From NCBI GenBank assembly GCA_963805955.1, contig CAWDVZ010000019.1, forward strand, positions 49,368 to 113,367: DNA of 64,000 bases, in the 5' to 3' direction. The notes beneath the pieces were generated by a model. The model was given only the letters and a program-made list of their open reading frames with translations, was not told the origin of the DNA and did no database searches. This DNA comes from an uncultured Acidobacteriaceae bacterium. Lineage in GTDB: Bacteria; Acidobacteriota; Terriglobia; Terriglobales; Acidobacteriaceae. Positions 39,425 to 48,857 of this stretch are shown here, piece by piece. Made by a program: the position numbers and the translations under genes. Every line of letters begins with the position of its first letter. Positions within the stretch are counted from its first letter, which is position 1.

Positions 39425-39580
39425 GGGTGCCCCACATCTCGGATTTCCTGTGGACTTGGTTGGGTCCCGCGTAATTCATGCGCCTTTCCTTAACGAAAGG
39501 CGCACACGCTGCTTTTTCTAGTGCTGCTTACAGGAAATTCGGGGCATCTCGTGTTGTTACGAGATGTGGGTTTTCGCTTT
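39425..39580. repeat. Palindromic repeat element (family D) with two internal hairpins
   Basis: GGGTGCCCCACATCTCGGATTTCCTGT is mirrored by ACAGGAAATTCGGGGC..GAGATGTGGG. Hairpins GCGCCTTTC-cttaac-GAAAGGCGC and CATCTCG-tgttgtta-CGAGATG. Confidence 0.65.
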
Positions 39581-39637
39581 CGCGAGTCGGTTTTTACTAC
39601 CCTTAAGCAAACCCCGCTCCCCAAATTCCCTCCAGAC

Positions 39638-39672
39638 GCAAAAATGCCCGGCTTCCAGCCGGGCATTTTTGC
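39638..39672. terminator. Bidirectional rho-independent terminator
   Basis: Perfect 15-bp stem GCAAAAATGCCCGGC / GCCGGGCATTTTTGC with loop TTCCA. A/T tracts occur on both sides, between convergent genes. Confidence 0.85.
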
Positions 39673-39692
39673 TTGCCTGTTTTTGTTAAGAA

Positions 39693-40259
39693 CTACTTCT
39701 TGGACTTCTTCTTAGCTGCCTTTTTTGCTGGAGCCTTCTTAGCTGCCTTCTTGGCTGACGACTTCTTAGCTGCCTTCTTTGCCGGAGCCTTCTTCGCCGC
39801 CGACTTCTTGGTTGCTGCTTTCTTTACTGCCAAAGGAATACCTCGTTTGGTGGTAGATTTTTTGCTACTGGCGCTCTTCTTGTTGCCGACCGCTTTCGCA
39901 GCCTTACTGCCGCTCTTCGCGCCTTTGCTGCTCTTGGTCGCGGCAGATTTCGTGGCGGCCTTTTTAGCCGGAGCTTTCGCCGGTGCCTTCTTCACTGCGG
40001 CTTTCGCCGGCTGGGGAGGGGTCGCAATCTTCTTTGTCGGAGCCTTTTTGGCCGGAGCTTTCTTGGCCGGAGCAGGCGCGGGCGGAATGCTCACCGGGGG
40101 CGTAAGCAACTCGGCGAGCTCGGTGGAGGTCACGACGACGCTTACTTCTTCTTCCTCTTCATCGTCATCGAACCCGTCTTCAAGCTCATCCGGGAACTCA
40201 TCGGCCTCGGCTTCAAACTCATTGTCTGCGTGTGCGTACAGTTTGTGTTCGTCCTGCAT
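39693..40259 (-). CDS. Histone H1-like, lysine/alanine-rich protein with an acidic N-terminal domain
   Basis: GGAGG RBS upstream of the ATG at 40259. The first roughly 45 residues are D/E-rich (DELEDGFDDDEEEEE). About 145 residues of AKKA/PAKK-type repeats follow. Confidence 0.7.
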   Translation of the reverse strand: MQDEHKLYAHADNEFEAEADEFPDELEDGFDDDEEEEEVSVVVTSTELAELLTPPVSIPPAPAPAKKAPAKKAPTKKIATPPQPAKAAVKKAPAKAPAKKAATKSAATKSSKGAKSGSKAAKAVGNKKSASSKKSTTKRGIPLAVKKAATKKSAAKKAPAKKAAKKSSAKKAAKKAPAKKAAKKKSKK

Positions 40260-40385
40260 TCTTATGCCTCCAGGGCTTTGATTGCTACGAATTCGGATCG
40301 CAGAGAACCGCTTTCCATCATACTTGCCCGCGGCGCGGATTATAGCAACAGCATGCAACGGGATGCCAATGAACGCAAGTACGAA

Positions 40386-42131
40386 TTAAGTTTCCTTTCC
40401 GTTCTTCGCGCTTAAATGCGTGCCTGAAGCCGTGCCCGCAGGCGGTTTATGCGCTCGCTTGCTCGTCGAATGCTTGCTGCTGGCGCGGCTGATATGCGCC
40501 GGTTCCGCCACATACAGACGGCGTCCCGGCACCAGCTTCGCCGCGCTCAAATGATTCCAGCGGCGCAGTTGCTGCACCGTCACGTTGAAGCGATCCGCCA
40601 CCGTCACCAGCGTGTCGCCATGTTCGACCTTGTAAAGCGTGGTCCGGGATTTGCTCGAAGACGTGGCCGGCACCGGAACGATCAGCGAGTCCGTCGCGGA
40701 GAGATCATCGCCAGGTTCCAACTGGTTCACGAAAACGATCTCCGAGGGACTCACATGGTAATCGTGCGCCACGCTGTTCAGCGTCTCTCCCGCAACCACC
40801 TTGTGAAACCGCCATTGATTGCGCTTGTCTGCGGGGATTTCTGCAATGCGTTTCTGATACAGATCTTTGCTGCCGGCCGGCAGGTGCAGTTCAAAGGGCG
40901 CATCGCCGGGCGTGCTCATCCGCAGCAGGCTGGGATTGAGGTCCGCGATCTCCTGCACCGGCGCTTCGACCACGTCCGACACCAGGCGCAGGTCGACACT
41001 GTAGTTGGTGGTCACCGTGTCGGTCACCAGCGGTGGGTCAGGCGCCAGCGACTGCAGTCCATACTGCTCAGGATTTTTCGCCATGATCGCGGCCGCGATG
41101 ATGATGGGGACGTAATTCTTGGTTTCCTGGGGCAGAGCGTTGCGCCGGTACAGCTCCCAGAAATCCGCATAGCCTGTGCGCTCCACGGCCTTCTGCACGT
41201 TGCCGGGCCCCCAGTCGTACGCTGCCATGGCCAGATACCAGTCGCCCAACTGTGCGTACAGCTCCTTCATGTAGCGAGCATAGGCGTGGGTTGATTTTTC
41301 CGGATCGAAACGCTCATCGTACCAGCCATTGCGGGTCAGACCATAGGCCCCATAGGGCATAAACTGCCACATGCCGCCGGCGCCCGAGCGGCCATTCACG
41401 ATCTGCGGTTGGAATCCGGATTCAGCCACTGCCTGGTAAATAAGATCCTGGGGAACTTTCTCGTCCGCCAGCACCGCCGCGATCATGGCGTGATACCGCC
41501 CGGCACGCTCCAGGGATCGCATCAACGTCCCCCGGCCCTTGGAAGAAAAATAGCTGATGTATCCCGCGACAGGATCGTTGATCACCAGCGGCAAATCGGA
41601 CTGCGTGGTCTTCAGTTCAGCGATTGCCTGCGCCTTGACATTGGGGTCCACCGGGAAAGTGACATCGTTGGCAATATCGACCGGAGCCGGCTCAATTTTG
41701 GGCGCAAATCCATTTCCCTGCTTCAGCGCCTCCATCTCCAGCGTATTGACCGCATCAATCACCCGCTCGAACTCATCCCGCAGCTGGGGTTCGTTCCGCA
41801 GGTCGAAATTGCTGGTCAGCATCAGGTCTACGGCACGATCGAAGTCAGATTTGGCGGTCTTCAGTTTGCCCGCATGGTAATTAGCCACGCCACTCTGATA
41901 AGCCACCTCGACTGCGTCGATCAGGGACTGCACCTGGGGACTGGCGGCGGGGGTTGCAGGTGCTTTGGACTGGACTGGGGTGGTGTTGGAGGGCTGGAGC
42001 GCGGGAGCCGTAGCCTGGGGTGATTTCGCCGGGCCCTTGGTCACGCCGTCTTCCGGCACACATCCGGTAAGCAGCAGCGGCGCCGCGGCCAGCACCAGCA
42101 TGAACACGCTGGGAAATGTCTTTAAGCCCAT
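40386..42131 (-). CDS. Membrane-bound lytic murein transglycosylase (MltD-like) with two C-terminal LysM domains
   Basis: Signal/lipobox LLLTGC. SLT catalytic region AVAESGFQP...GAGGMWQFMP. LysM repeats HKVVAGETLNSVA.. and YKVEHGDTLVTVA... Confidence 0.85.
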   Translation of the reverse strand: MGLKTFPSVFMLVLAAAPLLLTGCVPEDGVTKGPAKSPQATAPALQPSNTTPVQSKAPATPAASPQVQSLIDAVEVAYQSGVANYHAGKLKTAKSDFDRAVDLMLTSNFDLRNEPQLRDEFERVIDAVNTLEMEALKQGNGFAPKIEPAPVDIANDVTFPVDPNVKAQAIAELKTTQSDLPLVINDPVAGYISYFSSKGRGTLMRSLERAGRYHAMIAAVLADEKVPQDLIYQAVAESGFQPQIVNGRSGAGGMWQFMPYGAYGLTRNGWYDERFDPEKSTHAYARYMKELYAQLGDWYLAMAAYDWGPGNVQKAVERTGYADFWELYRRNALPQETKNYVPIIIAAAIMAKNPEQYGLQSLAPDPPLVTDTVTTNYSVDLRLVSDVVEAPVQEIADLNPSLLRMSTPGDAPFELHLPAGSKDLYQKRIAEIPADKRNQWRFHKVVAGETLNSVAHDYHVSPSEIVFVNQLEPGDDLSATDSLIVPVPATSSSKSRTTLYKVEHGDTLVTVADRFNVTVQQLRRWNHLSAAKLVPGRRLYVAEPAHISRASSKHSTSKRAHKPPAGTASGTHLSAKNGKET

Positions 42132-42321
42132 GCAAGCATGCCCATGGACAACCCTCCGCCTTGGCTGCTAAAGAAAAACCGGTCCCTTTTACAGCCGCCT
42201 GACAACATCATCCTAGACCTCGATTGTATTGCCCGGAGCCCTACGGTGTGAATGATAAGATCGGGGGAGAGACCTTCCTCGCACATCAACTAAGTCGTCA
42301 CCCGCCGATCGGCATCCCTTC

Positions 42322-44133
42322 ATGGATAGCAAGCACATCCGCAATTTCGCCATCATCGCCCACATTGACCACGGCAAATCCACGCTCTCGGACCGGTTGC
42401 TGGAGCTGACCGGCTCCCTGACGGCGCGTGAAATGCAGGCCCAGGTGCTGGACGCGATGGATCTGGAACGGGAGCGCGGTATCACCATCAAGGCGCATGC
42501 CGTGCGCATGAACTACCTCGCCCACGATGGCGAAATGTACCAGTTAAACCTGTTAGATACGCCCGGGCATGTTGATTTCTCCTACGAGGTCTCCCGTTCC
42601 CTGGCCTGCGCGGAAGGTGCTCTGCTGGTAGTGGACGCCTCCCAGGGCGTCGAGGCCCAGACCCTCGCCAATGCTTACCTGGCCATTAATAACGGCCTGG
42701 ACATGATTCCGGTGATCAACAAAATTGATCTGCCCAGCGCCGATGTCCTGCGCACCCAGGAGATGATCGAGTCCGCCGTAGGCCTGGACGCCACCGATGC
42801 CCTTCCCGTGAGTGCCAAAACGGGCCTGGGCGTCGCGGAGGTCCTGGAAGCCATCGTGCGCCGTTTGCCACCACCCACGGGAGACGCGGAAGCGCCCCTG
42901 CAGGCCCTGATCTTCGATTGCCATTTTGATCCTTATCGCGGCGTGATCGTCTTGTGCCGCGTGATCAACGGCATCCTGCGCAAGGGCGCCAGGATCCGCC
43001 TCATGTCGAATGGCCGCGTGTTCGAGGTGGAAGCCGTCGGCGTGCTGACACCCAAGCCGGTGGAGATTGAACAGCTGTCCGCCGGCGAAGTAGGCTTTTT
43101 CTCCGCCACCATCAAGAATGTCGCCGATACCAAGATCGGGGACACGGTCACCGAGGACGATCGCCCTGCGGCGGAGCCCCTTCCCGGCTTCAAAGATATT
43201 CAGTCCATGGTGTTTGCCGGCTTGTACACCGTGGATTCGCATGAGCATACGCTGCTCCGGGACGCGCTCGAGAAGCTGCGCCTGAACGACTCCTCGTTTT
43301 TCTTTGAGCCTGAAAGCTCGGTTGCCCTGGGATTTGGTTTTCGCTGTGGCTTCTTAGGGCTGCTTCACATGGAGATCATCCAGGAGCGGCTGGAGCGCGA
43401 GTTTAACCTCGATCTCATTACCACCGCTCCCGGTGTCCGCTATCGCATTACCCTTACCGATGGTGCGGTCATCGAGGTGGAAAATCCTTCCCGCTGGCCC
43501 GATCCAAGCGACATCGAGAAGATCGAAGAGCCGGTGATCATCGCCAGCATCCTCACCAGTGAAGAGTACGTCGGCGGCATTCTCAAGCTGGTGGAGGAGA
43601 AGCGCGGCCGCCAGAAAAACTTCGAATATATAACCCCCACTCGCGTCATGCTGACCTACGAGCTGCCCCTCAACGAGATCGTGTTGGACTTTTACGACCG
43701 TCTGAAGTCGGTCTCCCGCGGTTATGCGTCGCTTGATTACCAGCTGGCGGGCATGTGGGAGTCTCCCATGGTCAAGCTGGATATTCTGGTCTCAGGCGAG
43801 CCGGTCGATGCGCTGTCGATCATCGTCCATCGCGATTTTGCCTACGAGCGCGGACGAGCCCTGGTTTCCAAGATGCGCGAGCTTATTCCCCGGCAGATGT
43901 TTGAGGTGGCCATCCAGGCGGCCATCGGAGCCAAAATCGTCTCCCGGGAAACCGTTGCCGCTTTACGCAAGAATGTGCTCGCCAAGTGCTACGGAGGAGA
44001 CATCAGCCGCAAACGCAAACTTCTGGAGAAGCAAAAAGAAGGCAAAAAGCGCATGAAGCGCATCGGTAAAGTCGACATCCCTCAGGAGGCTTTTCTAGCT
44101 GTCCTCAAAGTGGGCGAAGACTCAAGCAAATAA
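42322..44133 (+). CDS. lepA: Elongation factor 4
   Basis: [24 protein letters not shown] and NKIDL GTPase motifs, and the LepA C-terminal domain (..[23 protein letters not shown]). Confidence 0.97.
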   Translation: MDSKHIRNFAIIAHIDHGKSTLSDRLLELTGSLTAREMQAQVLDAMDLERERGITIKAHAVRMNYLAHDGEMYQLNLLDTPGHVDFSYEVSRSLACAEGALLVVDASQGVEAQTLANAYLAINNGLDMIPVINKIDLPSADVLRTQEMIESAVGLDATDALPVSAKTGLGVAEVLEAIVRRLPPPTGDAEAPLQALIFDCHFDPYRGVIVLCRVINGILRKGARIRLMSNGRVFEVEAVGVLTPKPVEIEQLSAGEVGFFSATIKNVADTKIGDTVTEDDRPAAEPLPGFKDIQSMVFAGLYTVDSHEHTLLRDALEKLRLNDSSFFFEPESSVALGFGFRCGFLGLLHMEIIQERLEREFNLDLITTAPGVRYRITLTDGAVIEVENPSRWPDPSDIEKIEEPVIIASILTSEEYVGGILKLVEEKRGRQKNFEYITPTRVMLTYELPLNEIVLDFYDRLKSVSRGYASLDYQLAGMWESPMVKLDILVSGEPVDALSIIVHRDFAYERGRALVSKMRELIPRQMFEVAIQAAIGAKIVSRETVAALRKNVLAKCYGGDISRKRKLLEKQKEGKKRMKRIGKVDIPQEAFLAVLKVGEDSSK

Positions 44134-44172
44134 GCAGAATTTGCAATTACGTTGGTCATACTTTACACGGTT

Positions 44173-44359
44173 CTGTGGAAAGCTCTGAATTTGCGCCGCT
44201 GCCTCGCCTCACTGAGGCCAAATAGCTCGCGTTCCGGCTTCAGTCCGTAAGGAGATGATTACAGTCAGCTTAAAGGTAGCAGTTCAGGCTGGCCTCAAGC
44301 CATTGAGCTGGTAGGGCGCTCTATGAAAAAAACGCATCCCCGGCTTTCCACAGTTTTTT
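44173..44359 (+). ncRNA. Candidate structured non-coding RNA or element. Function unknown and speculative.
   Basis: The 11-nt ends CTGTGGAAAGC (44173-44183) and GCTTTCCACAG (44343-44353) are perfectly complementary, and a T6 tract follows directly. Internal hairpins are present (GCCTCA-C-TGAGGC). No credible ORF. Confidence 0.3.
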
Positions 44360-44389
44360 CCACAGCACAGCCCTGGGATCGTTGTCTGA

Positions 44390-45212
44390 TCAATTTTGCT
44401 CACATTCACCGCGAAATGAGGAGTTAAGCCGCCCCGGGCTGGCTTTATTGCCTGCCCGGGGAACCGCCATAGTTCTGACTACTGCGGTGCTGGCTTGGTA
44501 GTGCTGGGCCGGGGGGTGGTCCCGCGTGTGGCTCGGAGTGGTCGAGCTGGGGCGCGCTGGGCTAGCAGCGCCTGCTGCTGGTTGCGGAGGAACGCCGGAC
44601 TTCGCGTTGTAGGCGTCTACCACTGCTTTGGTGATGTCAGAGGATCCATTGGCCCACAGGACGGGGGTCTGCTGGGCGCTGGTATCGAGCACCAGGGTGA
44701 ATTTGTTTTGCTGGGCATACGTGTCCAGCACGGCATATACCTTCTGTGCCAGCTGCTGATACATGTCGTTCATTGCCCCGCTGGCCTCGTTTTGGGCGTC
44801 TTCGGCGGAGCGCTGCAGCGACTTTGTCTTTTCGTCGATGATCCTGAGCCGGCTTTCGCGTTCCGGTTCACTCAGACTGGAGCCTGCGTCTTGCAGCTGC
44901 TTCTTGAGTGAATCAATCTCATCGCTTTGCGACTTTAGGGCAGTCTGCTTGGGTTCGAATTTAGTTCGAAGTTGGGCAAAGTTCCGTTGGCCTTCATTGG
45001 TTGCTGCGACCGCCTGCTGGAAGGCGATGATCGCAATCCTGGGATTAGCGGGGACAGCAGCCGGAGCGGCGGAAAGACCGGCCGTCGAATCGAGCGGGGG
45101 TAGGTGCGGAGGGAGCTTGGGCTAACGCTCTGCCGGTCGACGCCATGAAACCCACGCCAGTGGCGGACGCGAGCAGGCAAGCAAGTGTGAACGAACGCTT
45201 CATCGGAATACA
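44390..45212 (-). CDS. skp: Periplasmic chaperone Skp/OmpH, with at least one frameshift as sequenced
   Basis: Signal peptide MKRSFTLACLLASATGVGFMA.. is in one frame. The OmpH coiled-coil body (IAIIAFQQAV..TNEGQRNFAQLRTKFEPKQ..) is in the next frame with no start codon of its own. The shift lies between about 45060 and 45125. The 3' end is uncertain. Confidence 0.75.
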
Positions 45213-45450
45213 GAACTCCTTTTGATCTTTGAATCCAGATCGCCCGCGTCTTTCAGCGGAAGCGGGCCTTCGCTTGCAGGTCTACCTCATGCGCATTTCC
45301 AATGCAATCACTCGGGCCAGCGCACCTGGCAGCAAATGCGAAGAAGAGACACGGACCGGGATAATCACAGGGCCAGCAGTGATTATAGGTGTGCGGCCGA
45401 AGGAGCGTCAACGCAGCCCCAGCAGGATCGCAGCCTCCTCCACTACTATC

Positions 45451-45492
45451 CCGCAGGGATGGCTCGCATGTAGCCCAGGACGCAGTCCTGGG
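45451..45492 (+). repeat. Family E repeat with hairpin CCCAGGAC-gcag-TCCTGG
   Basis: A roughly 40-bp near-identical copy lies at 56461-56500. Confidence 0.8.
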
Positions 45493-45614
45493 TAATTCAG
45501 GAACGTGATCAGTCCCGCATGTCGCGAAAATACCCGAAGTCCTGGGTGTACCTCCTGTTCGCCAGGTCACGCACGCACTCGGCCCAACTTCGACTTCCCT
45601 TGCACCAGCAGGTC

Positions 45615-48446
45615 TTAGAAGGTCGTGCTGACGCTCAACCGGAACGTCTTTCTTGGCTCGCGGAAATGCAACAGCGAGTCATAAGCCGAAATCGCCTCAG
45701 CGTAGGTGAAGTCGCCCGCCCCGCCGGCCGGGAACATGCTGCGCGTGATCAGGCTTTCTCCCTGTTGATTCTCTAACAGGCGAAGCGGGTTATAAGCGTA
45801 GTACAAACGCATCGGTGCATTCACGATCGGCAACATGGCTGAGAATTCCCCGCCGACAGACATGCGCGGCACCACGTTGGTCCCGGCGATCGGCCGGATC
45901 ATCGTTAATGAATGAATTGACTGGCCGCCCTGGCAAGAGCCGTTGAAGTAGGAGGTACAACCATAAAGAGGGGAATTGAGCTGATCAGCGCCTTCCACGC
46001 TTTGCCGTAACTGCGATTGGCGAATCACCGACGTGATGTCGAAGTCGTCGAAGATGGCGAACTGCACCGGGCCGGCAATAGGAATGCGGTATTCGATATT
46101 CGTCGTAACCTTGGCGTCTCCACCCACTGAGACGGGGCGATAGATGGGGATCGGAATCACGATGTTCCCCAGGGTGTAGTTGCCCGGCTGAATGGGAACC
46201 GGTGTACCGTCCGGGTTGGTGAGGGTGATGTTTTGCCGCACCGGGATGAAGGCATAGGGCGTAGCCGCGCGCACATCAAAGCCGCGCAGTTCGTTGTCGC
46301 CGCCGGAATAGAAACGCGCAAACGGGGGAGCAACATCTCCGCTGAAACCCTGGATATAAGAAGCCTGCATGCGATAGCCAATCGTGTTGCGTCCCTCCGG
46401 GTTGGGGCGAAAACCCTTGACCGCCACATAGTGCTTGTACTGCACCACGGGGCTGAAATAACGCACATTGCCCCACAATCCTGCAAGCTGGAAGGCACCC
46501 GAAATGTCCGTTCCGAACCGCGGCCTGAAGATGGAAGGACCGACCTTGTTATAGGAATAGCTCAGCGAAATCGAGCTGGTATAGATGCCTTCCAGTGCAT
46601 TCGGACCCTGAATCTGGCCGCTGCGGAAAGCGAGCGTCTGGAAGAGGTTGGCGGAAGCCTGGCTAAACGTGGTGATGCTGGACTTATCCCAGGCGTAGGT
46701 CAGGCCGACCCGCTTGAACGTGCGCCGTATCGGATATTGAATCGAGAAATTCAATCCCGTCGAGGACTGGTTGTAATTCTGGGTAAGCGACTGCTGCGCC
46801 GCCGATAAGCTTGCATTGCCACTCACGGCAGCGTAGTTGCGCGCTGAATTGTAATCCGACTTCCTGGAAAAGACCTGGAACCCCACGCTCACCGGCTTAT
46901 TACGCAGGTATGGCTCATTGAAGGCGAAGGTCACACTGCGTGCCAGGTTGCCCAGATTGCCCTGCAGGCTCAACGTTTCGCCCAGGCCTAGAAAATTGTT
47001 GGTGGAGTAGTTCAGGCCAAGAAAAGTCCCGGAAAGGCCGCTGACGCCGCCATTCAGTCCGATCGAGTTCTTGCCCTTCTCGTGCACTTTGAGCAGCAGT
47101 GAAACCGTCCCGTTCTCCGCGTCGGTGTGCTCTTCGGAGTCCGTATCGATCTTCAGCGGATCGAAGTAGTCCAACTGGTTCAGGCGAAGCAGGCTTTGTT
47201 CCCACAGATTGCTGTTGTAGACGGAACCTTCTTCCAGCAGCAGCTCGCGGCGGATTACCCGGTCGCGGGTGATGGTGTTGCCCTGGAACTCGATCCGCGA
47301 CACGGTAAAGGGCTTGCCCTCATCGATGTCGATGTCCAGGTAGACCAGGTGCTTGGCATCGTCGGGCCGTGGGGTCGGCACCGCGGTGAAATTGATGTAC
47401 CCCAGCGAACCATAAGCCTTGCGCAGATTCTCCAGACCCTTGCCCACGGCCGTGGCATTAAACCACTCCCCGTCCTTGGTAGGGAACTGGGCGCGCAATG
47501 CTTTTACGTTCGGCACATGCGTATTGCCGGTGAAGGTCACGCCGCCCAGCCGGTACCGCTCTCCCTCATCAACCGGAATACGAATGTCGATGCGCTTACC
47601 CTGCCGGGGGCGAAAGGTCAGAAGCGACAAACCGCCTTCATTCCGGATATGCGTAATAGGATCGGCAACCCCCGCCCTGAAATAGCCTCGATCTTGCAGT
47701 GCGCGCCGCACCCGCTCGGTATCTTCCTCAAGCTTGCTGGCATCGTAGGTTCGGGCGAATATGTTCTCCAGGAAAATCGAGTGCGGGATCCCGATCGGCC
47801 GCAGATTTTTCATAGCCGCGCGCAGGTCACGCGAAGGCACCGCGCGGTTCCCGGTAAAGGTGATATTTCCCACCTTTACCGTGGGGCCTTCCTTGATGAT
47901 GAAGTTTACGGTCACCGACGAGGGCGGGATCGTCTTGATATCCGGCTTCACGGTTGCGAATTGGTGCCCGTGCTCCGCCAGCAGGGCACGGATCACATCG
48001 ATCACCCGCGCCAGCTTGGTGGGATCGTAGGGGCTTTCCACCGAGAACCCGGTGACGTGCTCTTTTTTGAAGCGGTCCAGAACGTCCGATTGGGAGACCG
48101 AGTTCAGACCCTTGTAGTTGATCTCGCGTATCGTCGGCTTTTCTTTGACGATGATGTCCAGAATGATGCCCTTGGGCGTATCCTCCCGGGCGATCTGCAG
48201 ATTCTCGAAATAGCCGGTGTTCCACAGCGAATTGAAGTCGCGCTCGATCGTCGCCGGATCGTAAGTGTCTCCCGGGTGCGTGAACAGCCGCGCCAGCACT
48301 GTCTCTCTAGGAATACGGCGGTTCCCGATGACTCTGATTTGCGAGACAATGTTCGCTTGATCGGCGGCTGGTGGTGCCGCCCCCTGCTGAGCCCAGGCGC
48401 TCAGACTGGAACCGCAAAATAGAAGCAAGCCCACGATCCTGCACAT
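45615..48446 (-). CDS. bamA: Outer membrane protein assembly factor BamA
   Basis: Signal peptide after the ATG at 48446, five POTRA-like repeats and a C-terminal Omp85 barrel ending in ..TFRLSVSTTF. Confidence 0.9.
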   Translation of the reverse strand: MCRIVGLLLFCGSSLSAWAQQGAAPPAADQANIVSQIRVIGNRRIPRETVLARLFTHPGDTYDPATIERDFNSLWNTGYFENLQIAREDTPKGIILDIIVKEKPTIREINYKGLNSVSQSDVLDRFKKEHVTGFSVESPYDPTKLARVIDVIRALLAEHGHQFATVKPDIKTIPPSSVTVNFIIKEGPTVKVGNITFTGNRAVPSRDLRAAMKNLRPIGIPHSIFLENIFARTYDASKLEEDTERVRRALQDRGYFRAGVADPITHIRNEGGLSLLTFRPRQGKRIDIRIPVDEGERYRLGGVTFTGNTHVPNVKALRAQFPTKDGEWFNATAVGKGLENLRKAYGSLGYINFTAVPTPRPDDAKHLVYLDIDIDEGKPFTVSRIEFQGNTITRDRVIRRELLLEEGSVYNSNLWEQSLLRLNQLDYFDPLKIDTDSEEHTDAENGTVSLLLKVHEKGKNSIGLNGGVSGLSGTFLGLNYSTNNFLGLGETLSLQGNLGNLARSVTFAFNEPYLRNKPVSVGFQVFSRKSDYNSARNYAAVSGNASLSAAQQSLTQNYNQSSTGLNFSIQYPIRRTFKRVGLTYAWDKSSITTFSQASANLFQTLAFRSGQIQGPNALEGIYTSSISLSYSYNKVGPSIFRPRFGTDISGAFQLAGLWGNVRYFSPVVQYKHYVAVKGFRPNPEGRNTIGYRMQASYIQGFSGDVAPPFARFYSGGDNELRGFDVRAATPYAFIPVRQNITLTNPDGTPVPIQPGNYTLGNIVIPIPIYRPVSVGGDAKVTTNIEYRIPIAGPVQFAIFDDFDITSVIRQSQLRQSVEGADQLNSPLYGCTSYFNGSCQGGQSIHSLTMIRPIAGTNVVPRMSVGGEFSAMLPIVNAPMRLYYAYNPLRLLENQQGESLITRSMFPAGGAGDFTYAEAISAYDSLLHFREPRKTFRLSVSTTF

Positions 48447-48641
48447 CTGCAAAAATAACCGCGCAGGTTGGTTCGGATGAAACCGGGAGCGAAGGCTCCC
48501 TGACACGACGCGAAGAATAGGCACACCCCTACTGCTGAAAATCGGATCCTGCTGGAGGAAAAGCCGATTATATGTGACGGAAGGCGTAGTCCCCAACTCA
48601 GGGCACCCGTTTCTCGCCCTGCCTACCATCCCCAAAATCCA

Positions 48642-48842
48642 TCAGCTCTCCAGCTCGCCGCTAGCAAAGTACTCCCCCAGTGAGGCATCCCAGGTAACGG
48701 AGAGAAGGTTTGGCTTGCAGCAGACCTGGCAATCTTCCACGTATTGCTGCCGTCCACCGGACGACTCGTCCACCACGATCTCATTCCACTCTCCACAGCC
48801 CGCGCACTGGAAACCCGCTGGATACGGCATCGTCAATCTCAT
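48642..48842 (-). CDS. CPXCG-motif small cysteine-rich (zinc-ribbon) protein
   Basis: CAGCG...x..DCQVCC arrangement in 66 aa. Confidence 0.7.
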   Translation of the reverse strand: MRLTMPYPAGFQCAGCGEWNEIVVDESSGGRQQYVEDCQVCCKPNLLSVTWDASLGEYFASGELES

Positions 48843-48857
48843 GCTGAGCAGGTGCTC

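Noticed and set aside
39673-40281. A 202-aa plus-strand ORF rich in Ala/Phe/Leu, opposite the histone-like gene.
   Set aside because: It is the antisense translation of the AAG/GCN-rich repeat (KKA codons read as FFA/LA on the other strand). It has no RBS. The minus-strand ORF has a GGAGG RBS and a terminator.
44173-44364. Three DnaA-box-like 9-mers (CTTTCCACA twice, TTTTCCACA once) as a possible replication origin.
   Set aside because: There are only three imperfect boxes. No adjacent AT-rich unwinding element is present, and no dnaA or dnaN lies nearby. Two of the boxes are better explained as the arms of a long helix. The idea is kept only as an alternative within the structured-element finding.
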